Part shown: positions 1-17,879 of the stretch, piece by piece | Numbering within the stretch: the first letter of the stretch is position 1 | How the letters are laid out: each line of letters starts with the position of its first letter | Assembly (NCBI RefSeq): GCF_009914755.1 | Contig: NC_060930.1 | DNA: 64,000 nt | Source of the DNA: the human T2T-CHM13v2.0 reference genome, Homo sapiens | Reading direction: 5' to 3' (one strand) | Made by a program: the position numbers and the translations under genes | The notes under the pieces: generated by a model | What the model saw: only the letters and a program-made list of their open reading frames with translations | Told to the model about the DNA's origin: nothing | The model's database searches: none

Positions 1-149
1 TCTCTATGGCTGGTGTTGTGGGGGAGGCTCAACAGTGGTCCGTGAATACACAAGTTCAAGATATACAATCCAAATGGACAAATAAGAGATGCATTCAGCC
101 AAATGATTATTCCAGTAAGAAAGAAAAAATTGTCTTCAATGCTTCTCCT

Positions 150-457
<308 letters not shown>

Positions 458-819
458 TAATGCTTCTCCTTTGATAAATGTTTTTTCTAAATCTTGGAGG
501 GTCACTTTTCAAAAGTGTTATTTACATACCATGGCTATTAGATATGATGTCTTACATTTGTGTTTAACTTACTTTTAGTTATCCTTTGATACAAGAGAAG
601 AGAGAGAACAGGCGGTGAGCTCAGTCTCTGAATTGAGACTCCTAAATTATTTTACATATAGCTCAAGGTTTTCAATCCAATGTAGGAGCCCAAGCACTGA
701 ATCCATTGGCCAGAGATTACTCATGGCTGCCTTTCTTAAACATTTTATAAAAATGGAAACACTACTTTTCTGCAAGTTTCTTTTTTGCCTAAGGCTATCT
801 CTCCTGATGAATACATATG

Positions 820-1140
820 GCTCTACCTCATTCAATTTAACATCTATCTAGTATTCCATTTTAAGGATGGACCACTGTTTACCCAACTAATTCCTTGTTC
901 AGGAACTTGGGTTGCTTGCAGTGTTTCACTATAATAAATTAAACTGCAAAGAACTCACCTTCCATATACACTTTTGTGGGTTTGTGGGGGTGTTTCCGTA
1001 GGATAAACTCTTAGAAGTGGCATTTCTGGGTCAAAGATTATATGCATTTTTAATTTTGATAGATACAGCCAAATGGCTCTCCAAAGGGTTGTATCAATTT
1101 GCACTCCTGCCAAGAGGGTATGAGAGGGCCCATTTCATTG
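820..1140 (-). mobile_element. Old L1ME-type ORF2 3' relic
   Basis: gtaggataaactcttagaagtggcatttctgggtcaaag...ctctccaaagggttgtatcaatttgcactcctgcca. Confidence 0.6.
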
Positions 1141-1455
1141 CTCAGAATTTAAAAGTGCTTAATCAGACACAGGCTTGATGAACACTTCAGAAGCTGTTAG
1201 AAAAATACAGAGAATGCATATGTTTCTATTGTGAATATGCCTCTGCTACAATGCTTCCTGGACTCATTAAGTAGGTCCCACCCTGTACTGATAGAGCTTG
1301 GTTCCACCAAATTTTTAGCACAGGCCACTTCTAAGAACTTTTGGGAGTGCCCATGCTACAGTGAAGGTTTAGAGAAAGGGTAAATGAAAATGTGAAAATG
1401 TAGAACCAGGTTGGCTGAGGCTTTTTATTTTATTTTAAAATTTTAATTAAAAAAA

Positions 1456-2058
<603 letters not shown>

Positions 2059-2699
2059 CTCATGCTTTCTACTACTAAGATGCTGCTCTAAGGATCTTGT
2101 ACTATGCATTTTACAATACCTTTTAAAAAACAATCATTTATGGAAATTGAAGAACAACAACTCTCTTTAACTGAATAACTCCAGTACCTTTACCACAAAT
2201 TACAAATGGCTTCTTTTCAATGTAGTCTTCATTTTTAATAATGTTTTCAGATTTTTGAAACTCATTTTGTAACATTGCTGAATATTGAATATTGCTGACC
2301 TCAATATAGACCATCAGGGAGTCTCATCAGAGCTTTCACCACACACTGTTAGGCAGGCTCGGCAGCAATGTAGCAGAGGGCAGACTCTCAGATGAAGAAA
2401 CAAGGATGTTGTCACATATCCTGGGCATCTTCATGATGTGCCAAGATGTTGCAATGCTCTGCTGGGAAACCATGGGTGGAGTCAATGTATTGAGGAGACT
2501 AAGGTCATAGGTTGGATTTTCAGGTGAACCAGGTGGCCTTATTCTGTCCATGGAACTGGTATCTCTAATATCTGTCAAACACTATGTCCCAGGAAACTGA
2601 GCAAGAGTCAGGAGAGACCTGGACTCTTCTACCATGCAGCCTAGAAAATAGCTCACAGCTCCTGACCCCTGATGGTCAGAGCAGAGCATCTTGTTTGAC

Positions 2700-2870
2700 A
2701 CAGCAATGGGCCTAGTAGAAGGAGCATTGGTCAGGGGGAAGAGACTGAGTTTCCAGCTGTGACCAGTGTGATCTCTGGCAGGTCAGCTAACCTGTTTGCA
2801 CCTCTGGGTTTTCATCTGTGAAAGGAGTATTAGGCTCAGTGATGTCTAATTTTCCTCCTTCTGTTCTAAA
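2700..2870 (+). mobile_element. MIR/MIR3 relic
   Basis: tgtgatctctggcaggtcagctaacc...ttttcatctgtgaaagg. Confidence 0.55.
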
Positions 2871-2946
2871 ATCTCATCATCATCTTTAACTGGTGTGGTG
2901 CCAGGAGACCCTAGAAGAAATTCTCCTTTGTGGGAAGAGTTAATCA

Positions 2947-3180
<234 letters not shown>

Positions 3181-3234
3181 TCAGATTAAGCACATTTGCA
3201 AATGTGTTCAACCTTGGCCACTTGCTTCTTTTAA

Positions 3235-3725
<491 letters not shown>

Positions 3726-4572
3726 TGCTGGCCTTTGGTCAAGAATCCTGGAAAAGGGGCTTATCTTCAGGCTCCAGAGTCATCTGTGCTCTCATCCGTC
3801 ATGCCTGGTTGCTCTCCCCCCTACTCTCTGGTGACCTTTTAAAAAGTTAATTCTTTCCCCTCTTTTTTGCTCTGGCTTGTCATTGAACTCACCCAGCTGA
3901 TTGTGGCGCTTATGATTGAGAACCTCTTCTGACCGCTTCCCTTTCCCCAGAAATTAACATGATCATTAAGGCTTATAATTTTACTCACCAGTGCTATCAA
4001 TCAAGGGGCTGCAAAAAGGAGTTAAGAGTCCTTTTGTAATTGGCAGCAGCCTGTGATTTGGAGCAGAGCATCCAGGGTCTGTGGGAGGCTGGAGGTAGGG
4101 AGGGCCTGGGGTGCAGGGAGGGCTCTGTCCCCCTTGAGCTGACTCCCAAAACTTCCCCCAGGGGCTAGAAAGCTTCAGTCTTCCTCTTCCCTGAATATCA
4201 AAATAAGGAAGCCAGTTCTTGCCAATGGGACTCCAGGCTCACCCCAAGCTCTGCAATAGGAAGGAAGGTCTCTCACAGCATCCCTGGGATAAGGAAGATC
4301 AGAGAATTCTGTATACACTAGGCAACCCATGTCTGGCTGAGGAGGGGCAGTGGGCCCAGATTATCTGTAGTTCAGAAGTGGGGTTGAGACTGTCAGACCC
4401 AAGGAGGTGATCCATCCTTCCCTAGTCTCCTTGGAACTTTGTTTAGGGCAACAAAAATGGCAGCTGAACCTGATGCAATGCACCCTCTGCGGCTCCCCGC
4501 AGCCCAGGTAACTCCATGCTCCTTCCACATGCAGCGAGCTGCAGAATCACAGTGCCCCAGGACAAGGGCTGA

Positions 4573-5368
<796 letters not shown>

Positions 5369-6032
5369 TTTTTTTTTTTTTTTGATAACACTATAGGAAA
5401 ATCTGGAGAGGGATAAATCACCTATAATTCTACTTCTCTAATACAACTATTTTATTTTTGCCTATTTTTTTCTATTTCCTGCACATGTACCTATGTATTT
5501 TAACATAATTGTAATCAGAGTAAACATGTTTTGCATTCTGATAGCCCTCTTAACATTCGATCACTGACATTGTTAGTAGTGGTTATGAAGTCTAGAATTC
5601 CTTTTGGTGTTTGCATAATAATTCTGTTACTTGGTGTGTGCCATCATTTTACCTGCCACTCACTGTTTTGGCTAATTAGGCCCAACAAAAATGTTTAAGG
5701 AAATCAGTTCGCAATATACGAAACAGCATGACTATGACTTACCCGTGGAGATTAGATTCCCAGTTCTTACCTCCTAAGAGTGGGACTCAGCAAGTGTGAG
5801 GTAGGGCCCTGGCACCTGCATTTCACAACCCTGATGCCATTGGTCCTCACTCTGTACTTCCTGAAACACTGCCCTGAGGCTTGCTGAGTTTCTTCAGGGA
5901 CCATCAATGATAGGGGCTTGGTTACAGCCACCACAGAAACACCAAGAGCAGTTGCTTTCATCTTCCTTTCCAATTAACACCAAGGTTGGGCAGAAGATTA
6001 GAGTTAATATCTCTTCAAAAATCGTGTGTAGG

Positions 6033-6344
<312 letters not shown>

Positions 6345-6361
<17 letters not shown>

Positions 6362-6399
6362 TATATGTGAAATACATATACACGCACACATATATATGC

Positions 6400-6443
<44 letters not shown>
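6345..6443. repeat. Compound microsatellite (TA)n...(TG)20
   Basis: Perfect TG run at 6403-6442. Confidence 0.95.
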
Positions 6444-6445
<2 letters not shown>

Positions 6446-6459
6446 CTCACATGTGGGTG

Positions 6460-6645
6460 GACCAGGTGCGGTGGCTTATTCCTGTAATCCTAGCTGCTTG
6501 GGAGGCTGAGGCAGAAGGATGGCTAGAGCCCAGGAGTTCAAGGCTGCAATAAGTTTTGTTTGTGCCATTGCACTCCAGCCCAGGCAACAGAGATCCTGAC
6601 CCTGGAAAAAAAAAAAGAAGAAAGAAAAGAAAAAGAAAAGAAAAA
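6460..6645 (+). mobile_element. Alu monomer (FAM/FRAM-like)
   Basis: Single-arm Alu with an A-rich tail. Confidence 0.75.
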
Positions 6646-7403
6646 ACAACAACAACTGTGGGTCACACTGGAGCTGCTTCTCCACGGGGCTGTTCTCCCC
6701 CACCTGGGCACTGGCTCTCCTGGAAGGCCGTGCCGCAGGACATGTCAGCACCTTGTGGCTCTAGGTCACATCTGCTCCAGGTGCCTTTGTTCCAGTAACT
6801 CAATACTCAGATGATGGGGTAGTACGAAGGGCCCACATTTTGCAGCTGGTGGAGATCTGGGCAGTCAGCACAGGGAAGGGGGCAGTGAGGGATGGCTTGG
6901 CTCATGCTGGGCCTTGCTCCTGGCAGCCCGGGCCTCTCTCTCTGCACACACAGGCTGCACTTGCCAGCATCTCTTCTCTCCCAAGCCGAAACCGTCTGGC
7001 AGTCTCTTTGACCTGTTCACTTTCCTCCTCTTTGGTGTCTTGGTGGTCCAGAATTATCTGCAGAAAGGAAAATGCCTGCCTTACCTTCCTTTATTTGCCT
7101 TAAACCTCCCAAATCTGGGTCTAGCCCAGCTATAAGCAGAGGCTGAGCAAGCAGGCCCCGGAGTGAGGCTGGGCCCAGAAAATGGCTCCAGAAACCACCA
7201 GATGACCACGAGTAGACTATGGTGAGCACTTGGAGTAACTGCCATATGATTCCACCCAAAATCTGGCTGCAGCTCAACTTCTTTCAGAAAGAGAGAGGGA
7301 GCTGCCACGTCTGAAAAATCAAGTCAGTGACCAGCCCAGCCACCTGCCATGTCCTAGCCTGAGTTTTGTTTCAGGGCCACGGTCATGAACTTATTCTTCG
7401 CTT

Positions 7404-8581
7404 TGTTATGGGATCTCTGGGGTGTTGATTTTTCTGGCTAGAAACCTCTGTGGCCTGAGTTTCTGTCCTGCATCCAGGAAGAATGAGGTACACAGACAAG
7501 TGAAGGGTGAAGAAGATGAAGAGTTTTATTTAGTGTTAAAACAGCTCAGAGGAGACCCACAGTGGGTAGCTCCTCTTTGCAGGCAGATCATCCCATGGAG
7601 TGTTCAGCTCTCAGCAGAGAGGAGGCCCTGGAGGGGTTGGCTCCTCTCTGCAGGCAGGTCATTTGGATGTCTCTGCAGGTCTCTGAAGCTCTCAGCAGAG
7701 AGGGTCGTCTTGTCTTCCCATCGTCTCTCTGCCCTCTTCTCCTCTGGCCATCCTCTGCCCTGCTCTGGCTGAACCCAGCTTTCATGGACCTCAGAGGGGA
7801 GGAAGTGGGTGCCAATTGGTCCATGGGCGGCCATGGGTGCCGTGAAGAGGCACCACCAGTCCCCACTCCAGTCTGTGGGACTGGCAGCCTGGCCTTCAGC
7901 CTTCAAGCCCTCTCTGGCCTGCAAGTGGGGCCTTGCTGGGGACCTGCCCCCTTCAGGCCAGGACTCTGTCTGCCACTGCCATTCAAGGCCCGGGGGGCTC
8001 AGCCCCAACACCACTCCAAGATAGGAGCAGGCGCCAGGAGTGGAGAGAGGCCAGTCAGTGGGAACAGACACCCTCGAACCTGTAGGGATGCGGAGGAGGT
8101 GGGGAGTGTCCTTCCTGGGGCCTCTGAATGTGCAGGCTGCAGCGATGCAGAGGTCCAGCACCTAGGAGGGCCAGGCAGTGGGAGCAGACACCCCCCAATC
8201 TGCAGGGATTGGGGCGGGGAGTTTCCTTCCTGGGGCCCCCCGAGGGTACAGGCTGCAGAGACGCCGGGTCCTGTGCCTAGGAGGGTGGCTGTAGTCTCAG
8301 CAGATCCTGCCTGCACCCAGCCCTCCTCCAAGAGCATAAGGAGCCTCGAATTCACAGCTGCAGTTTGGGTGGCTGTAGCCCCGCCCAGGAGTCGTGGGAC
8401 TCCTGCCTGCTCCACAGAGCAGGAGGCCTGGGTCTGCAGCTGTGGTTTGGGAGGCTGCGGCAGCTCTGGGAGTTCCCATCCCAACTCAGAAAGGGCAGAG
8501 CTCCCGATGGGGCTCTGACTGGCTCCACGGAGTGTGCAGCCCCAGCCGTGCCTCCCTGCTGCAGTCGGCGTGATGGCAGCA
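7404..8581 (-). mobile_element. MER52-family (ERV1) solo LTR
   Basis: GC-rich 1.2 kb block; the minus strand starts tgctgccatcacgccgactgcagcagggaggcacggctggggctgcacactccgtggagcc and ends ...cccataaca, matching MER52 ends as I recall them. Confidence 0.8.
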
Positions 8582-8749
8582 TTTAAGTACAAGCCATAAG
8601 AATCGTTATAAATGACCAATAAAATAACTGGGGTGATAATTTAAATATATATGTTGCCTGGTTTCTGAGGGGATAAAAACCAACTTACATTTTCTCATCA
8701 GCTTCATATCCCTCATATTGTCTTAATTTTAGTTTTGTTTCTTAATTAC

Positions 8750-9059
8750 CTTATTTTATTTTATTTTACTTTTTTTTGAGAGCTGGTCTTGGTTTGTTAC
8801 CCAGGATGGAGTGCAGTGGCATGATCTCATCTCACTGCAGGCTGCATCTGTTGGGCTCAAGCGATCCTCCCACCTCGGCCTCCTGAGTAGCTAGGACTAC
8901 AGGTGGGCACCACCACGCCCAGCTAATTTTTGTATTTTTTGTAGAGACAAGGTCTTCCTATGTTGCCCAGGCTGGTCTTGAACTCCTGGGCCCAAGCAAT
9001 TCACTCACCTCAGCCTCCCAAAGTGCTGGGATTGCAGGCATGGGCCACTGAGGCTGGCC
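8750..9059 (-). mobile_element. AluJ
   Basis: Full-length; TSD ttaatt(a/g)cctt. Confidence 0.9.
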
Positions 9060-9300
9060 TTAATTGCCTTATTAATACAGATTCACGGCATGAAAGGAAG
9101 GGCGCAATGGTAAAACCTACCAAAGAAATTGAAGCTGTGTAACTAGATACATCAGCTCTGAAAAATCAACAAATTATTCTCTAGGACTGTAGTCCTTTAT
9201 TTCAAAAAGGATTCTCAAATGCATATTTTAGTGGAATTGGCAAATTTACTAAAATTTCCATTTGCTTTGAATTTTTATGTGGTGCACACATTCACTCTAG

Positions 9301-9886
<586 letters not shown>

Positions 9887-10572
9887 TCCCCTGCTTCTTT
9901 CTTAATATGGAGGTACTGACTCAGTGTTTACATTTGAGGCTTTCTTCTGATTCCCCCTGCCCGAGGGCTTTGTCTCACAGTGCTCTTGCCAACTGCTTCC
10001 CCGCAGGCCCTCCCCAGCAGCAGTGCCAGGGCTGAGGACAAAGTGCACCAGGCAAGCTTCTGTTTGGTGCTGAAATGTGTGGGAATGACTATGGGAAGGT
10101 TAGAGAGTGGTCAGTGGTGTCGCATTTCTGCACGAGTACAGATCCAGGATAGAGAAACATATTTCCATTTCTCAGTAAATTCTTAGAAATCAGGAATACT
10201 TCAAGGAACTATTTTTAATTTTTTTGGTCTTTTAAGCAAATCATTGATATGTGTGCAACATGGATGACTCTTAAAACATTATGTGGAGCGAAAGAAGCCA
10301 GTCCGAATAGAAGTGTAGTGACTGGCCCAAGTCTGGGTGACTTCAAAGCCTGTGTTCTTTCAACCACTCCCCAACGGCCCCCCAGCTCCCTGAATCCCAG
10401 GCCTCTCCCCTTGGTTTCTAGTCTGAGCCCCAGGTCGGCTGTTAGGGGAGGCCCTTGGACAAGTCCCTTCCCATAATGAGAGGCTTAGATGAGATTGCTT
10501 CTAAGATTTGTTATAGTTCTAACATCCTAGCACCTTCCAAGTCTATTTCTTTTAAAAAATTGACTTGTTTTT

Positions 10573-10862
<290 letters not shown>

Positions 10863-10929
10863 TTAATTTACTTTTTGAATAGTTAATAGTCACATGATAC
10901 AAAGCTCAAAAGGATATATATGTCAGAGA

Positions 10930-11975
<1,046 letters not shown>

Positions 11976-12019
11976 GGTTTTTGTGTTTTTTGTTTTTAAA
12001 GTAATGTTTTCCTTTTGCC

Positions 12020-12290
12020 CGAGTCATTGAGCCACCCAGTCCCCAAGCCAGACAACCAACGTTCAATGTTATCTGTTTCTTATATAATCTTTCAGATATA
12101 TTCAATTAATATTCAAAGAAAATGTATATTCTACAAATATATCTCCAAATAGAAAGTGTGTCTCTGAGATAAATTCCTAGAAGTGGGATTCCTGGGCATA
12201 TAGTTTTCATAGTTATTGCCAAATTGCCTTCCATAGAAGTTGTACCAATTTATCCTCCCACCAGACAATGTGTGTGAGGACCTGTTGTAT
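12020..12290 (-). mobile_element. Old L1ME-type relic
   Basis: gataaattcctagaagtgggattcctgggc...gttgtaccaatttatcctcccacca. Confidence 0.55.
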
Positions 12291-13129
12291 CATCAACACA
12301 GACTGTGGTCTGAGAGTGAACTGGTATTCACTTACCTCAGTTTAAGTCAGACTGTCAACTCTCAAAGTGCTCTTGAAAAAAACTTCTCTAGAAAGCTGCT
12401 ACAAAATGGCGGCTCCATTCTCGAGGGAGTAGAGGCAAGCAGGGAGCTGGCTGCAGTGGCAAAGGGCAGCAAGGCCATGAAGAAGCGCTTGCCAAATGAT
12501 TAACATTCCTGTCGCCAATTACTACTGTCCTCAAGAGGAGAAGACATTCACAGAAGGGCATTGTCTCTGCTCCACAGCACACAAAGGGTCAAGCCTCACA
12601 GATTTGCTCCTAGTTGGGGGAAAAACCCTCACAGGTCAAAGTGTTCAGATTACAGATTCAGGAAAATCCCTTTGCAGAAAGAAGACAGCAAATCCCCAGT
12701 GAAGTTGAAAGGACAAAACTTTCTTCACCTCAGAGACTCTCCAATGAATAAACCGGTTAAACATGGTTTGGATTTAGTGAACATGAAAACAACTGGATTA
12801 AAGTATAATCTAGCTAGAAAGGAAAGGACATGTGCTGAGACAACTAGCTAAGTAATGACAAAGCTGCAGTGTTTACATCTGTCAAGCAGGAACGGCCATT
12901 CCAGCTTTATAACTGAATTCTCTTAAATGTTTAATTTTTCTTTAGCTCAACGTGAGCCTCTGCTCGTGTTGGCCTCTTTGATAACACTGGCACCAAGGCA
13001 ACTGTGTGAGCACGACGGGTGTAGAGTCCAGGAGTCTGCAGGCAGCAGCTGTCAGGGCGAGTGTTCGGCATGGGCCTTGGCCAAGCTGCACACGGTCCAG
13101 CTTGGAGGCAGCATCCATCGCACAGGTGC

Positions 13130-13325
13130 AGGTTTTAGAATCACAAAGACTTGGGTTTAAATCCCAATTGTACTTTTTACTGGCTGTGTGACCTTGGACA
13201 AATTAAACTCTGTCCCATTTCCTCTCTTGGTAAAATGAAGATAATACCCATCCAATAGGGTTGTTTTGAGAATTAAATGAGGTAATACATGTAAAAGCCT
13301 ACACCGAAACCTAAACACTCAATAG
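13130..13325 (+). mobile_element. MIR
   Basis: MIR core: gggtttaaatccca...ctggctgtgtgaccttggacaa...gtaaaatgaagataata...gagaattaaatgag. Confidence 0.8.
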
Positions 13326-13643
13326 GTGGTCGGATCACCAATCTCTTTCTGTCTCTCCTGCTCCTGCTCCCCCTTGCACACACACCTGACCACCAAGTGA
13401 ACCTGTTCCACGTCAGACTAACTCCAGGCACTTCAGATCTTACTCTGTGACAGGAGCATTCAGAGTTTTTACATTAGGGCTTCTTAAACGTGTTTGTAAA
13501 GATCCCTACTCAAATATCTGTTTGTAAAAGTATAAAATAAAATACATGGGATTATAAAAGAAACCAACTTATTGAAGTATGTTTATTAAAATATTTTTAA
13601 AACTTGTGATAAAATATGTGCTTCTTTGGAAAATGTTAAACAA

Positions 13644-14001
<358 letters not shown>

Positions 14002-14299
14002 TCAGTGTATTCCAAGATTTGCAACAACAAATGTGATATAATTAATATACTTGCATTTTCTAATTGGTGACAGTCAAAAGTCCTGCTTCTACTAATACTC
14101 TGGTTTACTTCCACATTCATAATGGAAGAAATAATTAATTTCAGTTACAGAATATTAAATATGACCCCCTAACTCTCTTCCTTAGAGCAGAAGAAAAAAA
14201 TATTAAAGATACACCGTTTTCCCATTCAAATTAGACTCCAGGTATTATAAAATATTACCACCTCTGTTCTCAAGACTAGTGATAAAAGATACTTACAAA

Positions 14300-16430
14300 C
14301 TGTCAAGCCAGCAGTCCCTTATTTTACTTTTTTCTCTGACTTCTTTCAAGATTTTATCTTGGTCTTTGGTTTTTTGCAGTTTGAACGTGACATACATGAC
14401 ATCCCTAGGTGTTTTTGTTTTTTTTTTTTTTTTTACCAACAAGGTTATTCTTTTTAAATTTATTCCGCTTGGTGTTCTCTCAGCATCCTGGATCTGTGGT
14501 TTGGTTCACCAATTTTGGAAAGGTCTCAGCCATTATTACTTCAAACATGTAGACAGTTTGAACAATACAGGTTTGAACTGCGCAGGCCCACTCATACGTA
14601 GCCTTTTTCAATAAAAGTAACAGAATGTGCCTGTCCCTCCTGCCTCCCCTTCCACCTCCTCCACCTCTCTGCCTCCCCACCCCTGAGACAGCAAGACCAA
14701 CCCCTCCTCTTCCTCCTCTTCCTCCTCCTCAGCCTACTCAACATGAAGATGAGGATGAAGACCTTTACGGTGATCCACTTCCACTTAATGAATAGTGAAT
14801 ATGTTTTCTCTTCCTTATGATTTTCTTAGTAACATTTTCTTTAGCTTACTTTAAGAATACAGTACACAATACATGTAACATACAAAATATGTGTTAAGTA
14901 TATTATCAGTAAGGCTTCTGGAAAACTAGGCTATTAAATTTTGGGGGAGTCAAAAGTTATATGCAAATTTTCAACTATATGCAGGGTTGGCACACCTAAC
15001 CCCTGCATTGTTCAACTGTATATATTTTTTTGCTCTACTCTCTTTCAGGTATTCCAATTACACATTTGCTATACCTTTTGAAATGATCCCAGTTTTTGGA
15101 TGGTCTGGGTTTTTATCCTACTCTTTCTCTTCCCATTTCAGTTTGGGAAGTTCTTATTGACCTACCTTCAAATTCACTAATTGTTTCCTAAATTTGTCAA
15201 GTCTATTTATGAGTCCATCAAAAACATTTTTCATTTTTATTATAGTGATTTTGATTTTTAGCATTTCCTTTTGAGTTTCCATCTCTCTGATTACCCATCT
15301 ATTCTTGCACGTCTACTTTTTCCATTACAACTTTTAATATGTTAGGTTATAATTATCAAACAGGGAATCTGTGTCATATCCAACTCTGGTTCTGATTGCT
15401 TTCTCTTTTCAAACTGTTTTTACTTGCTTTTTGGCATGGCATGCCTTCAAATTTTTTGTTGAAAGCCAGGTATGTTGCACTGGGTAATAGAAACTGAGGT
15501 AGACAGGCCTTAAGTGTGAAGGTTCATGGTAATCTTGCTGGAGGACGGACTATGTTTAATGTTTGCTGTAGTTACAGGTGCCAGAGGCTTCACCTTCCTC
15601 TAGTGTCTTTGCTTTTGCCTGTCTCTTAACTTTGGGTTTCCCTAATTACTCCTCCACAAAGGGGGACTTCCAGCTGTAATCCACTACGATTACACTCGAA
15701 TCCCACTGGTGCGGTGGTAAAGTGTGGGAAGTGGGATATTCTATAATCTTCAGATTAAATCTGTGTCTTAGTGGGCCTGTGAGCTTCACAAGTGTTTTTC
15801 CAGTGGTAGAGCGTTTCCTTTCTGGCCCCCTACTCCCTTCCCTGGCTGCAGCATTTCCAGTCTATTTCCTTGAAATCCTGACCCCTCTTGACTAAGTTCC
15901 CATCCCTGCCCCATGTAAGTAAGACAGGAAGCCTAGAGGGGGGCTAGAGTGGGAAGAACGCCCTTCCCCCAACTGGGATAGGCTCTGGGAGTCTTTCACC
16001 CTGGAGAGTAAGCCTTCGTAATAAAGGTTTTGGACATTATTTCATAATGATTATTAATCCCTTTTCCACGTCAGAGCCACACATCTTACTAGATCTTCAC
16101 TGAAAATGTGGTGGGATTCTTGGAGGTGAAGCCCACGAACTTGTGGAGACCCCTCTTAACACTGTGATCCCCAGGGACTTCTCACTCTCACGCTCGCCCA
16201 CACTCAGCCGCTAGCAATTCATTGCCATCTAAGTGTTTCTAACTAGCTTATGGCTCCAGTAGCTTTTGCTCCAGATAAGCAGATTTTGGCTGTCTCTCTT
16301 TAGATAGCCCTGTTTCTCCAGATTTTAGGGTGGTGGTTTGCCCTTCAACCTCAATTCTCTGATGGGTCCAAGAAAAGTCATTGATTTTGCATTTGTACAG
16401 ATTTTTCTTGTTGAAAGGACAAAGTGATAA
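14300..16430 (-). mobile_element. Old L1M 5'/ORF1 relic, interrupted by Tigger2a
   Basis: T-rich antisense ORF1-like sequence (ttttggaaaggtctcagccattattacttcaaa, ttcaggtattccaattacac). Confidence 0.65.
14548..15020 (+). mobile_element. Tigger2a (MER28)-type DNA transposon
   Basis: ttgaacaatacaggtttgaactgcgc...cctcagcctactcaacatgaagatgaggatgaagacctt...cattgttcaactgTA; inverted termini. Confidence 0.8.
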
Positions 16431-16431
16431 C

Positions 16432-16720
16432 TTTTTCTCTTGAGACAGGGTCTCACTCTGTCACCCAGGCTGGAGTGCAGCAGCGCAATCATGGCTCACT
16501 GCAGCCCCACCCTCCCAGGCTCAGGGGATCCCCCACCTCAGTCTCCCAAGTAGTTGGGACTGCAGGTGTGTACCACCATCCCTGGCTAATTTTTTTATTT
16601 TTATAGAGACTGGGTTTTGCCATGTTGTCCAGGCTGGTCTTGAACTCCTGGGCTCAAGTAATCTGCCTGCCTCGGCCTCCCAAAGTGCTGTGATTACAGG
16701 TGCACACCACTGTGCCAGGC
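16432..16720 (-). mobile_element. AluJ
   Basis: Alu consensus. Confidence 0.9.
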
Positions 16721-17568
16721 TTGGTGCCAACTTTCAAGCTTTTTACCTGTAGAAGCTTAAACCAGAATTATTTCATTCTGGCCATTCCCTTCCATCCACC
16801 TGAACTGCTGTGTCCCTTCTTGTCCTCACATTTGCGATGACTACTGTCCCTCTTAGTGAGTCTTTTCATGACTGGTGTTCGATCTCTCCTGTCTGTTAGC
16901 ACTTTGCACAATCAAGTGCTTGGTGTTGCTAGTTGAGTCCACTGGGTCGCTTTCATTTCTGGCACTCACTCTACAGTAAAGAGCATCTGGGATGAGATGT
17001 TGTTGCCCAGCATCCTCTAAGCTTCCTTTGTGCTTTTAAATTAATTTCCCTGGCCTCCAAATCAGTCTTATTTTCTTAGCAAGGTTGGAATAAAGCAAAC
17101 TTCACTTTCTGTAAATCAGGATTTACAAAAGTAATTTCTCAAGATCTGGTAAGTCCTTTTTTCTCAATTTCTTGATTTCTTTTTGTAATGACTTAAGTAG
17201 CCAGGTAAGATCGGATTTGGCCAAGTTCAAGGAAATCATAGGGCCTCCTATCTAAATGACTAAACCTGACAGTTTTGGAATTACTTGGGAAACTTTAAAA
17301 AAGAAAATCCTAAATGCAGTCCTAAGAGAGTAATTGTGGTGGGCAGCTATGTTTAGGAAAATACGATACTTCTAGTAAGCTGTGCATGTCCAAAAGAGCT
17401 ACTTACACCTAAACTTAAAATCAAAACTAAAAAACATACTAGGGAGACAAAGTGAAAATACTATTAGAAAAACCAAACCAAACCTATCCATTCGTAACAA
17501 AGGACATAGGAATTGTTTAACATTCACCCTTTCACTCATTCAGTAACTGTATTGAAAGTCATAGGCAC

Positions 17569-17879
17569 GGCTGGGCGCGGTGGCTCACGCCTGTAATCCT
17601 AGCACTTTGGGAGACTGAGGCGGGTGGATCACTTGAGGTCAGGAGTTCGAGACGAGCCTGACCAACATGGTAAAACCCCGTCTCTACTAAAAAAATACAA
17701 AATTAGCTGGGCATGGTGGCGCATGCCTGTAATCCCAGCTACCTCAGGAGGCTGAGGCAGAAGAATTGCTTGAACTCAGGAGGCGGAGGTTGCAGTGAGC
17801 CAAGATCACGCCACTGCACTCCAGCCTGGGGAACAGAGTGACACTCCATCTCAAAAAAAAAAAAAAAAAAAAAAAAAAA
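17569..17879 (+). mobile_element. AluS
   Basis: TSD aaagtcataggc. Confidence 0.9.

Noticed and set aside
7562-8518. 318-aa ORF, the longest in the track
   Set aside because: Entirely inside a GC-rich MER52 LTR, begins at GTG, low-complexity G/P/A/S composition, overlapping ORFs on both strands, no recognisable domain.
12496-12702. Faint resemblance of MINIP...LCRKKTANP to RPL36A, and of other frames to C3orf38
   Set aside because: Only a few scattered residues match; I cannot name a parent gene without a search.
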